The translations under genes and the position numbers were made by a program. A DNA stretch of 63,889 nt, counting the filler, from Octopus bimaculoides (Eukaryota): the NCBI RefSeq assembly GCF_001194135.2. It is 3 parts of 3 records of this genome, joined end to end, with 100 filler letters (N's around TTAATTAATTAA, not from the genome) between each part and the next. Parts side by side here need not be neighbours in the genome. Positions count along the whole stretch, not along the records: positions 1 to 29,341 come from NC_069001.1; 2 more parts are not named here. One strand, given 5' to 3'. The notes under the pieces were generated by a model, which saw only the letters and a program-made list of their open reading frames with translations, was not told where the DNA came from and ran no database searches. Shown piece after piece: positions 1 to 12,835 of this stretch; within the stretch, counting starts at the first letter, position 1; each line of letters opens with the position of its first letter.

Positions 1-31
<31 letters not shown>

Positions 32-554
32 TTATATATATATACACGCACACACATATACGTAGATATATGTACGCTTACTCTATAATATCAAAGGCAT
101 ACGTAAACACTCACAGATTAACGTACCATATAATTGAATAAGTGTATATTTGCTTGTGTGATACATGCGCGCGTGAGAGAGAATTTAAGATAACAGATGT
201 GAAAGTAATCATGCACAAGAATAGAGGAACGCTACGAGAACTACACAATACTGTCAGGTTAGTTTCGTTAAAGAATGAAACCCTAAAGATATAGGCATGG
301 CAGGCGGAAATAAAGATTGTTTGCATGGGTTGGAAAGAAATATTTAAAATATAGAGCTCAGTGTGTCTTCTATGTGTGCATGGAGATAAAGTGTGCTGGA
401 AATATAACAAGTGTTATAGTTCAGAAGAGGGAGGAAACAATTCATACGCAAACACACAGACACACACGCACACACACACACACATACACACACGCACACG
501 CACACGCACACACACACCCACACACACACCCACACACATATATATATATATATA

Positions 555-667
555 CAGGGTGTCTACAAAGTCTGGGTACATGGGGATTAACACATACTTT
601 AAGAAATTATTATTTCTTATATTTAAATGTTATTTACTCCGTGTACCCAGACGTTGTGGTCACCCTG
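555..667. mobile_element. 113-bp MITE with CAGGGTG-type terminal inverted repeats (Tc1/mariner-like)
   Basis: 26-bp TIRs 555-580 and 642-667, 23/26 identical; sits in a TA/CA microsatellite. Confidence 0.75.
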
Positions 668-830
668 TGTATACATGCACACACACACACACGCATATAC
701 ATATGTTTTTGGGAATTTATAGGAAATTTGTCTATGCTTATAAGCATACATCTATATAAGAGAGTTGAATTGCCGGCCATGATAAAGTACATTCTCAAGT
801 ACATGAGATCAGAACATAGTCAGGGATGGT

Positions 831-833
<3 letters not shown>

Positions 834-886
<53 letters not shown>
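834..886. repeat. (GA)n microsatellite, representative of many AT/GT/GA/ACAT/GATA arrays
   Basis: Direct reading; most N gaps are flanked by (AT)n. Confidence 0.95.
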
Positions 887-890
<4 letters not shown>

Positions 891-1099
891 AATAAGTGAA
901 CGTGCTCACAGATCGAAACCGGGCCGAATGAGCCACCTGAGTGCACATAGTCTAGCAAAGTACGCTGAGAAATAACATTATACTGACAAAAAGGTGCAAT
1001 CTGCATTGATGTGTGTATGTATTTATGATTAGTTCTCTCTATTTTTATAATTTAGATTAAATTTGGCCGGCTTCCTACTTGGGTACAAGGTCATCATAG

Positions 1100-1560
1100 A
1101 AATGATCTTATTTTGTTCAAAATACTGTAAACCTTCAAAAAATCTAGCACATATTTTAGTCCAAGTTATCGTGATCGCTTGTGGAGTACGAACTGGCGAT
1201 TTGCCTTGTTTTTCCAGAAGAACATAGTTTCAGCAATATTTTAATCCCAACGGGTTGTTATGTATCCTGTTTCTCCAATTATATGTATGGAAATGTATTG
1301 TGGGTACTTGATTTGCACACTCATTAATCGTCCATAGACGTTTCTTTAATATATTTCAAGCTAAATTTGTATTCAGAATGTTGATGAATTTCACAACTAA
1401 ATGTGGTTTCCTTCTGATTCCACACAACGGCGTCTGACCTGTTGTGTCTTAACTTGGCACCTGTTTTATTTTTATATTTCGCTATTATTCTTTGATACAT
1501 CTGTCTCAGTTTAGTCAACTTCATCTATAGGTGTTTTCTATCCTGTTATCCTGTTTCAGA
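1100..1560 (-). mobile_element. Highly decayed non-LTR retrotransposon C-terminus (restriction-like endonuclease type)
   Basis: Minus-strand peptides KLRHNRSDAVVWNQKE and QIKYPQY..HIIGETGYIT resemble the RPD.V.WD and P.IIGALG motifs of REL-domain LINEs; many stops. Confidence 0.45.
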
Positions 1561-3033
1561 CTGTTCTGGCCAAGCATGGAAAGATACTATCTATAATAAT
1601 TCTGTCACATCTCGCTATAATGTGGTTGATGTATTCAATTTTGATCTTGAACGGTTTAAATTTGTTGTTTCTCAACTTTTTGTAGGTATGTATGTATGTA
1701 TGTATGTATGTATTTATGTATGTATGTATGTGTGTGTGTGTGTGTGCGCGCGCGCGTCTGGTTGCAATGAAGCATTTATCATTTCAGGATCGCAGAATCG
1801 TAGTTTCCATATTTGAAGAATTTTCAGCTAGAATTCGGTGATTTACAATCCCACTAAATCGCTTTAAATGCGGAATTTAAAATAATGAAGCATATCGAAA
1901 CTATATATCTTAGAATACTTTCGCCTGCATCGCAATATTTCTGCTGTAAAACATCTTTTGAAGTGAGTTAGCTACTGAAGCTTTGGCCACATTTGCACGT
2001 TTGTATGCATAGAAAACATCGTGTCATGCATAGAAAGAAAAAGTTAAATATACACTAGCTCTATGTTACACCTTCAGTGCATTTAAATGCATTCGAAAAT
2101 GCAATCGAAATAGAAGAGAGATGCAACCTAATGCTACTCATTTTATTCAGCAGTGGCACCTTACAGCATTCTCTTCTTCTCGTATTCCAGTACATATTCA
2201 CAGCTAAGCGACCTGAGCCACGAACAGTGTAAGTAACGACTTCATTCTGCCTGTTGATGTACATTAATTTCCATATTTCCTGCATATGTAACGAAATACT
2301 AGCTGCATGGTTTCGTAGAAGACATATGATGCTATTTACTTATGTTTGACAGTTGTGTTACTTGGATTTTACTGTTCCTATATACAACTTACTTACATGG
2401 TTGTTTAAAAGTGAACGTAAGGCACGGCCACTGACAAAATACAAAAGGCCAACCTTATGTTCATGGTTGATATTGTTTCAATTTGTAGAATCAGATCTCT
2501 AGAGTGAGTCATTAGACGTTATACAAAGGTCATTGAATATTATTAAGTCAAATGCATGACATTTACAAATTGCAAATATTTTGTCCCAGACGACAGTGAC
2601 TAATCCTTTGTGCAAACAACTCAATCGAAATGAATACCACATCACATATCCAAACTGGCGCTCATTATATGAGGCTCTTCTAAGTGGAAACACTATGGAT
2701 GCCTTCGTTACATGCCACAATCTAAAAGAGACACTTTAATGCAACAATAATACTTCTATGATTGTGTTCGGATGTAAACTGAACATACATTGAAATGTGT
2801 TTAGTTATGAGCAAACACATTTAGTTGAGGTTTCCATAAGTATATCCTTTAAACCGATATCATCGTCTGTTCAACATTTTGGGTTATCCACGTTATTGCA
2901 AACATAAAAATTCAACGATTCCCTTTATATTTAAACTGAATTACTAAATTCAGCGCATATATATACGTGTGTGTATAGCATACACATAGTAATGAGCACA
3001 CAAATTCATACACAAGAAAATTACACATCCATT

Positions 3034-3071
<38 letters not shown>

Positions 3072-3438
3072 TCACATAGATATGTGTATATTCATGTAAA
3101 TATCGATGTATACATATGTTTATGTAATATGCAAATCTCAAGTGAAATAAAACAAAAAAATATAATGAAGCCGTCTTCTTGACTGAGCTTTGATAGACGT
3201 GTCCAACGATTATAGATTGTTTAAATTAGTTTCCACATAGATTGGCTTATATTGACCTGCTGTTTATCGACATTAGCTAAATCCTATGTCAATACATCAA
3301 ACGCCATAAAACGCCTTCCCGCAAATTAACACACACACGCACAAATATATATTTTGTGTGTATGTGTTTGTTTAAACATGTATATCTGCATACATATATA
3401 TATACATACAAGCACATATATGTATATACATATACATG

Positions 3439-3491
<53 letters not shown>

Positions 3492-4523
3492 GTAAGTACG
3501 TGACTGTTTGCGCACGCGCATGTGCTTGCAAATATTTTGCGTCTCTCTTTATACGAGTATGTCTACGTCGTTTAAGCATCTATTGTTTAATCCCAAGTTA
3601 GCTCTCCAGGGTTACCATCAAAATCATTACAGACTTTCCCATTCTTTCTTTTTAGGGTGGAGGAATCTAGTGGTATGTTATCCATCGAAACATTTCCTTT
3701 GAGATTGTAACTCTTAGTTTGAGACAGCTTTGTCTATTTATATGAGATATAGCGACAAGCTGAAGTTTCATTATTGACTGCCATAAGCATATAATCTGTT
3801 TTATTCTTGATTTTCATGAACTCAGTTATCTGGGTTTGGTCTATATTTTCAGGAGGTTGAGTGACTGTAAAAGTGTAAAAGTGTTCGATTTCGAGAAATT
3901 TGGTTTTGACATAACTGCAAGTTACATTATGTAAATATACAGATTTCAGAAAAATATGAATCACTAGTTTAGAGAATGTTTTGTTTAACCGTTATTTAAA
4001 CTATTTTGATTGGTGTATTTTCCCAAAATATTCTAATTTTAATGAGAGTAAATATATATTTCTATAAATGATTCGTACATTTTCGATATATAGTGATCCC
4101 TCACCATATTTATCTGGTTAATATATGTAAATTTATGTCGCGGATTCCTCAGTATATCGCGTGTTTCTGCGGCCGAATGGTATTTATATTTTTTTTAGGT
4201 TTTAATTATTTATGAGGGATATTTTGGAACGTAAAACACGCGATAGTCGAGAGATTACTGTGCTTTAGTATTGTGAGCGTTCAGATAAACATATGAGTTT
4301 CTGTTTCAATCCACTGTCTTGGCTCTTGCTTTGTTTATCAAATTATTCCTCATCGATGGTACACAGTTAAATTTATCCAGTAGAGGGATGATCATAGGGA
4401 ACGTTCATGTCACTCACAGACGTGTATTGGCGTTATCAAAAGATTTTGAAACTCATTATATTGATAAGTAATATAAAATTCAAAATTAGTAAGCTGAATA
4501 TGTTCATACTAATGTATGTTGCT

Positions 4524-4911
4524 GTGGAGGCGCAATGGCCCAGTGGTTAGGGCAGCGGACTCACGGTCATAGGATCGCGGTTTCGATTCCCAGACTGGGC
4601 ATTGTGAGTGTTTATTGAGCGAAAACACCTAAAGCTCCACGAGGCTCCGGCAGGGGATGGTGGTGAACGTTGCTGTACTCTTTCACCACAACTTTCTCTC
4701 ACTCTTACTTCCCGTTTCTGTTGTACCTGTAATTCAAAGGGTCAGCCTTATCACACCGTGTCACGCTGAATATTCCCGAGAACTACGTTAAGGGTACACG
4801 TGTCTGTGGAGTGCTCAGCCACTTGAACATTAATTTCAGGAGCAAGCTGTTCCATTGATCGCATCAACTGGAACCCTCGACGTCGTACGCAACGGAGTAC
4901 TAACAACAACA
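4524..4911 (+). mobile_element. Full-length tRNA-derived SINE (family A) with 13-bp target-site duplication
   Basis: Pol III box A TGGCCCAGTGG, box B GGTTTCGATTCCC, (CAA)n tail; TSD aatgtatgttgct at 4511-4523 and 4912-4924. Close paralogs at 11740 and 61537. Confidence 0.9.
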
Positions 4912-5430
4912 AATGTATGTTGCTATTTGAATACGTCTACCGAGAGAAACACTTAGACAATCAAAATCACATCTCACCCACATGCCCATGTATGTAGTAG
5001 CTAAATATCCTTAACACATTAGCCATACCTCAATCCATTACAGTCCATCGTCAATAATCGGAACGACAAAATGGACGACGTAATCATCAGCGGCTTTGTA
5101 CTGAATGTTTTCTGTATAGGTTTTCACAACAGGTGTACACAACCACCGTTGTCTCCGGGTTAAACAAAAACAGCCGTAACATTGAAAAGAAACTTTCACA
5201 GAATATCTTTTACTTGTTTTAGTCATTAATTGCGGCCGAGTGACTTGATACCAACTCGTTTGTTTTTTGTTTTTTTTTTCCACTTTTTAAAGTAAGGTAA
5301 TTATTCTATCTATCCCTTTTGCCGAACCGCCAAGGAAACGTAAGCACATCAACACTGGTTATCAAGCAGTGTGAAAGAAGAAACACTGAAACACACACAC
5401 ATTGATATATATGTTTGTATGTATGTATAT

Positions 5431-5529
5431 ATAATGAAAAAGAAAATGGAGAATTATGGATGTATAGATAATTTATATCATGCAAATAAATAATTTATGC
5501 ATCCATAAACCTCCATTTTCTTTCATTAT
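5431..5529. repeat. ~100-bp imperfect hairpin
   Basis: ataatgaaaaagaaaatggagaattatggatgtata pairs with tatgcatccataaacctccattttctttcattat. Confidence 0.75.
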
Positions 5530-5663
5530 TAACAATATGCATTACTATAATACTCCCTAACATATCGTCGAGATTTTCTCCTTATATGAGAGATATTAAC
5601 CAGTAAAATATTTGGATTATTTAATCCCTAATGAGGACCTGAGTTCCTCAAATTGACTATATA

Positions 5664-5699
<36 letters not shown>

Positions 5700-6050
5700 T
5701 GTATATATGCATGTATGTATGTATGTATGTATGTATGTGTGTGTGTGTGTGTGTGTTTGTGGCAAACGGAAGATGGAGTATTATCCATTTTATATATTTA
5801 TATATATATATATATATATATATAATGTATATATATATGTGTGTGTGTGTGTATACATGCACATATATACAGAGAGAGAGAGCGAGATTTATTGATGAGA
5901 TTATCAGAAGCTCTCTGTTCGCACACGAGACTAACAATATTGTTTAGATTAGTAAAAAACTCCAAGCAGGTTTCGAAGTTACAGTTCATAACCATTCTAT
6001 ATTGTAAGTCCGTGGTTGCTCTCCAGTCCAAGCGGTTTTTTCACAGTGCT

Positions 6051-6361
6051 ATATCTGACAAGGTATAAATAATGTCATTACATATTTTTTCCTTTGGGGG
6101 AGTAATGGTCACTTACAGTTGTTTCCAGTAGTCAATGTAGAAACGTTTCTGGTATGTTCTTCAATTGGTTTATTGATCAGTGGATAAAACATGAACTACC
6201 TAAAAAATCAATGCTACTTTCATCGGAGCCATTTCTGGTTATATCCTTTTGAGAATCCTATCAGTAACGAATTTATAATGACTACTGGAAACAGCTGTAA
6301 GCCAAATCTACTCCAATGACGGTAGGATAAATAATGACCATTATTTATACCTTGTCTCATA
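6051..6361. mobile_element. ~310-bp foldback/MITE-like element
   Basis: Outer inverted repeats 6051-6079 / 6333-6361; inner pair cttacagttgtttccagtagtca / tgactactggaaacagctgtaag, 22/23 identical. Confidence 0.75.
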
Positions 6362-9300
6362 TATGTGTGTGTGTATGTATGTATATGTATATCTTACTGA
6401 ACAGCTCCGCTTGCGTCTATCATTGACATGCATTTCTAACGGTTGATAAAATTATGAATCTTGGCAGAGAAGTGAACACTCAGAACAGTAATTGAAAGCG
6501 GTTAAGTTTATTATAATATGGTTTGATTTAGCCAAATTATGAACGATATTGAGGCTAAACTATTTCGCTGTCAAATTGTTCATGTCAGCCATTTTGATGG
6601 TAACACGTCAAAGCGTGATATATTATTGCCAGCGGGAACTTGGCAAGAATATATGATAAGGACTTGTATTCAGACTCTATAAAGCTAATCTGTTGTTTAG
6701 CAGCCACACGATAAAAATGTTATAACAATTTAGTCTGCAAACAAATTCAATACATCTAACTCCGAAATGGAGGTTCGTAAAATCAAGAAGAAAATATATA
6801 TTTGTATGCAGAAAATAAAATCTATTTTAAAATTAATGTTCTGATGGAGATTGCGATAACAAATCATTCACAGGAGAATATGAGTAAAAGGAAGAAAATA
6901 TAGGACACTGATGTCAATTTAAATATTCTAGTGACTACCGCAACACCAAATATACATGCTTAGCAAAAGGAAACTGCGAGGCGTTTGCAGTTCTTATTTA
7001 AAAGATATTCGTTTAATAATGTTATTTAAGTAATTCTCATATATTACTAATCAAAAACCCTCCAGACATGCCCATGTTGTATTATATTTTACAAATAGCT
7101 TTCTTAAACTATATAATCTAATATGTACATCGTTGTTTAAAAGTATGTTATGTGAAAGGAAGGCGGTTTAGCTACATGTAGCAGGGTGACAGACGACGTA
7201 GGGGTATTTTCCTTGGTACCTGTTTAATGGGAGTTGGTTGTACCAGGTAGCTAGAGCGACATTTAATTCCAGTGTCTGCAGCATTAAATTACTAGAAAAG
7301 TTAATAGGTTTCATTATTTTAAATTCCAGATTCACAAATTTATTGTAAAACGAGCTGCTTGAATGTTTTTTCTGATATTTTCAGAAATCTACCGCAGCAA
7401 AATGTGTACCGCGTAACATCTTCAGTCGGCTCACGTGTATATAAAACACAATAATAGGATATTGAGAGATTTTTTGTCTATTTAATGCTCCTTACTGATT
7501 TTTGTACAATTCCGTCGTTCCAAAGTTTAACAGTGCTCTCCTATCTGTTTTAGAAAAAAAAAATAATTGGCATCATTTTGTTTATATTTAATGAAATTCG
7601 TAAAAAGAAAAGCTAATGTAATACCGTAACACGTTAAGTGTTAGAGATAGGAATATGGTTATCGAACAATACTGAAAATCATTCATATAGTGAAAAAAGA
7701 TCAGCTACATATAACACATTATATGGATTGTGTTGTAGTTGAATGATGTGGTAGTCCATTCTCATATGTCTCAGATGGTGAAAAAAGATGTTTGAGATAA
7801 ATATCTCTATAAATATTTCACAATGAATATTTACTGGCAACCTTACACCTATTTTTCTGTCAGTTAGGAGCATTGAGGAAGAAATATAGAAGTTATTTCC
7901 AAATCCCTAATGCAAATTCGGCTTCGTTTCTTTCTTCTTATCATAAGGCTGTGTTATCCATACTTCTGCCATCTCCGTTTTGTAGTTTCTATCTTCGTTG
8001 TTATGTCATTTTATTTTATTTTTTATATATGTATTTTGATGTTTTAGTACAGAGGTGAGAGATATACTCCTAACACCCTGTCCAATGAATGTGATATTGA
8101 TGTGGTGGCTATAGAAAATGTATAAATCGATGAATACAGATGGAAGAGATTATGAAATGTATTTCAAATAATAGACGTTTTGGGAGGCAAAGGAGGTGCA
8201 TAATGAATAGACAACATCTTAAAGAGGATGAGAGGTTCAGTTAAGTGTCAAGGAAGAATGAAATGCAAGAATATTATAGGTTGAAACAAAGGCAAGACGA
8301 GACTAAGTCGAAGGAGAAATTACTGGTGTAGGCGCATAAGAACATCTAAATTCGATGTGAGGAAAAGTGAGTTGGTGATTTATAGGGCATTGATGTTGTT
8401 CTTTCGGCCAGATTTGCCTTAATCGGTAAGAAATATAAAAAATGCTTCAAAACCAAGTCAGTGCGTTCACGTTGGTTTTGTTGTTAATCTGTTGGTTCTC
8501 AGACAGACTGTCAATGAATATATTACCAAATGTGTCCTTACATTTTAAGACGTTAGTATATAATGTGAATGAGTGAAGGTTACTGCTTTAGAGATCGAAT
8601 AACCACTTAGAGGCTTCTTTGTTACATCTCTTGAGGTTCAGGTCAAATAGCATTCTTTTGGATCGTACGTTTAATAATGTATGAACTCCAACTATATAGC
8701 CTTTACAGTTGAAAGTGAACATGGCAAATTGGAATGAGAATATTGATCGGTTCCTTATCGTTATGGTTCAAACGTATAAAAGAAAAAGAAACACATTCAC
8801 TACCCGAAACAAAAATGTATGTTATCTCGTTGAATGTCAGACTGGAATGAATAGCTTCTCAAAAAGCTTTAAATTCTTACATGTTACCAATGTATAATGT
8901 TCTTCTGAAAAATCAATAAATATCCACTTGGATATTCACAACATCTTTAACAACGTGCACACGACCTTTTAGAAATAGCAGCTACATTTTCATTAAATCA
9001 CATCATGCAAGTAGAAGGACATATTGAAGATTGTAGTTCGAGATATACTGTGACTGGAAATAGAGCAGTTATGCGCTTTTCTTCTTTTTACTTATTAATG
9101 TGCGGTCGTGCTGGAGCACAGCTATGGATATTTCTCATTGGTCTCATCGATGCCAAACGATTAAATAGTTTGGGAACTATTTTATAGATACGCCTTTATT
9201 CAAATTCTAAAATACGAGACTTGAAGAACGATATCGTTTATGCTTCCAACAGTCGTGGAAAGGCCAATCTGGAGTGTTTAAAATACCACAAATGCATTCA

Positions 9301-11739
9301 CAATTTCAACATCAATGTGAACTCCATAGCAAAGTCCACCGCCAAGAAGATGTACGAGAGAATATTTCATTAACGTATGAGTTCCTAGTTTTCCCATGCA
9401 TCATCCCGTGATGCACCTGGATACAACATTAGTGATATTTCCCTGTTGCCATTCAGTGGGTCTGTTCTTTCAACATATGGCAACTTCACGAAGGTGACCC
9501 AGCCGGAGCTGATCGAGCNNNNNNNNNNCATATGGCAACTTCACGAAGGTGACCCAGCCAGGGCTGATCGAGCCACAACATGCGTCCAGTTAGCATTTTC
9601 CCTGTCAGCACTTTCCCTTCCAGGGTTCGCTCCACCTGATCAATAGCCACATTTAGGCAATCTCCGCTGCTACACAGTCAGCCACATGACCATCAGCTAC
9701 TCTCCCTTCTGATTTTGAGCACGCTATAACCCTCTGATAACCGACTGCGTCTCACGTCGATGTGTTTCCATCTCATTTTCCACCCATTGCCTTCGCACAC
9801 TTCCTCATGTTAACACACCTTTCCCTCCCTCACTCTCTTCTAATATTAAAGTACACTGCATGGCATTATTGAGTTTTCTACTAAAATGCTACTCATAGAG
9901 AGTAGTTTGTTCTACATAAAATACGTTTAGCATTTCTTTAGATCATGATTTGAGATTCGGTGATAGAATTGACAAGAAATGTATCTGTTGATCCACCGTA
10001 TGCAGTTCTACCTTTTATCAGTCTAAATACAAGAGAAGTGATATCGTTTTGCACGATAAGGAGAAAAAATATACGTGACAGCTACAGATATTTGATAATG
10101 CCATATAGAAGTTAAATGTTGAAGCGAAGGAAATAGGATTGTTACATCGCATGGAATGAGTAATAACATATGAGGGGACTGTTTATAATATCAAGCTTAG
10201 ATTTCTTTTGTAGCCAGTTGATTATGGTCTAGCTGACATACTTTCAAGTCATTCCACTTGTGACCATTCCATCATATTTCTATGGACGGAACCTAAGTGT
10301 CGATGACATTATCATTGATATTATTTAATAATTGAATGTGTTTTCATTTCCAAAGAGAGTATGGTGTAACATGAATGCGATACAGTGGATATTTCTAGTG
10401 AGTTATCTCCAAGAAGTTCCATTTTAGATGCAAACCTTAAGGTATAAGTTATAGCCATCTTCGCTGAAGACAGCAGAAGGAATACTGGAATTGAATATTG
10501 TAGTTCTTATTAATTCCACTGTTATTTATTTCCTTAAGTTTATTAAAACATACACACACACTCAATTTTACATAACGAGTGAAATAGTATGATAACATTT
10601 ATTTAACCATTGGATATTCTTAAATCACAATTGTTTCGCAACTAAAGACATGTAGAGATAATTTATTGCATTATATTGTAGCATATATTCTGTATATTTT
10701 GTTATATGATGCAGTAAAGAGCTTTCTTTTTGCGTAGCATTGGATTAGTTGAATCTATATATGCATGTGTATATGTGTGTGTGAGTGTGTGAGAGAGAGA
10801 ATTTGTGAGTATGTATGTGTGCGTGTGTTTGTGTATGTGTGTTTGTATGTATGTGTAAAAACGTGGCATATACCATGACATATATATGACATGATTTTTT
10901 GTTTTTATTGATAATTTATATCAATCAAATTCACATGCAATGAAACGCTTGCCAATGATAGCGTGCAGGCATAGGAGACCAAAATTAATGGGGATGCTTA
11001 GAAAAAGAGAACTCTACCACACATCGAATTCGCTTATAATATTATGTAAGAAAATGTAAATTTAATTCATCTGAAATAAATGCAAATATTCAGATTTATT
11101 CTATTAGTCACGTTTTTGTGTGATTAGCGTACATTCAATTGCATCGAAGAGTTTACTTTTGAAAATAACATACCACTTTTAGACGTTTACTAGCGACATG
11201 CAAACAAATAAATACTAATCGTGTTTTCAATATTTGTCGATAATAATATTAACGAGGTAAATATAGATAACATAAATTTACTGCCAAAGAATATTCTAGA
11301 ATTCCTTTTTTACGTTATTTCCGTGGAAAATAATTCCTATCACACTACCAAAAATAGGAAATAATATTCATTTTCCTTTTTAAGAAATTGCAGCGAAATA
11401 TTGAAAATTATTACTCCAAAGCTATAAATATTTCAGTGAATATAAAATGTTATAATGAAGACGATAATTGTCAGAAATATATTTTCTTCTCTTAAGTTTT
11501 ATCGTATTTTATATTCCGTTTTCGTATTTATTTCATCTGAATTAAAACATATTACAAAAAGTATCAAACAGTATTGAATTCGAACCTCAGTCATCTTCGT
11601 TTGACAGTCAATTTTTTTTTTTCTCGTTTATATCCTTCGAAGTACTTTTAGTAAATTATAATTTTATAGTTACACTTTAACGAAAACAACCCACCTTTCG
11701 TTTCATTTTACGCTTTCGTGATGATTTATATCATTCAAA

Positions 11740-12126
11740 GTGGAGGCGCAATGGCCCAGTGGTTAGGGCAGTGGACTAGTGGTCACAGAATCGCGGTTTA
11801 GATTCCCAGACCCGGCGTTGTGAGTGTTTATTAAGCGACAGCACCTAAAACTCCATGAGGCTCCGGCAGGGGATGGTGGCGAACCCTGCTGTACTCTTTC
11901 ACCACAACTTTCTCTCACTCTTACTTCCTGTTTCTGTTGTGCCTGTAATTCAAAGGGTCAGCGTTGTCACACTGTGTCAGGCTGAATATCCCCGAGAACT
12001 ACGTTAAGGTTACACGTGTCTGTGGAGTGCTCAGCCACTTGCACGTTAATTTCACGAGCAGGCTGTTTCGTTGATCGGATCGACTGGAACCCTCGTCGTC
12101 GTAAGCGACGGAGTACCAACAACAAC
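11740..12126 (+). mobile_element. Full-length SINE family A copy
   Basis: Colinear and highly similar to 4524-4911, with box A/B and CAA tail. Confidence 0.9.
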
Positions 12127-12624
12127 ATGTGTTGAAATAAACTTTTATCTTCTTGCGAGGCAATAGTGTGATGCAACCATCAAAACATGTTATGGATATA
12201 ATCGATCGACCTCCTACTTTTAATTTATTGCATTTTGTCTATGTGAGTGATCATCATAATTTATGAATATTTTACATGTCTTATGAATCTGAGATCAAAA
12301 AGTCTGCTGAAGACATCATTCCTGCTTATTCTGCAAGGATCTATTTTAAAAAGTGCACTTTAGCTTTTAATCCTCCAAAACTACCTTAGGAATGAGAACC
12401 AGGTTCGAAATTTGCCCAAGACACCTGATGAAGGCTGGAGGGTATATCAGCCGAAACGTTGTTTTAACAACAAACATGATGAGGACAAATAGCCGTCAAA
12501 TGTAAATAATGTTCATAATTCCTCATCTCTTAAATATAGAAAACACGAAATACCGCTAAGCATGTTGCCCGGTGGGCTAACGTTTCTGCAACCTTAAAAT
12601 CTTATTAATTTTAAGGTTAATTAA

Positions 12625-12835
12625 GGTGGTGAGTTGGCAGGATCGAAAGCGCCCCGGACAAAATTCTTAGTGGTATTGCGTCCGTCTGTACTTCCTGATT
12701 TCAAATTCCACCGATTTCAACATTACTTTTCATCCTTTCGCTGTCGGTAAAATAAGTACCAGTTGCGTACTGAGGTCGAGCTAATCGTCTTATCCCTCCC
12801 TGACATCGCTGCCTTTGTGTCGAAATGTTGAAACA
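12625..12835 (+). mobile_element. SINE family B (gagctggcagaa...tcaaattcc...ttttcatcctttcg)
   Basis: Same block recurs at 22850-23054(-), 24260-24470(-), 33093-33310(+), 58400-58582(-) and 60668-60890(+). Confidence 0.75.

Noticed and set aside
4524-4600. tRNA gene
   Set aside because: Box A/B are present, but the sequence continues into a repeated SINE body with tail and TSD, and there is no intact cloverleaf. The same applies at 11740, 43903, 47115 and 61740.
9469-9575. CRISPR-like or tandem repeat catatggcaacttcacgaaggtgacccagcc
   Set aside because: Only two copies straddling a gap, in a eukaryotic repeat context; no spacers and no cas genes.
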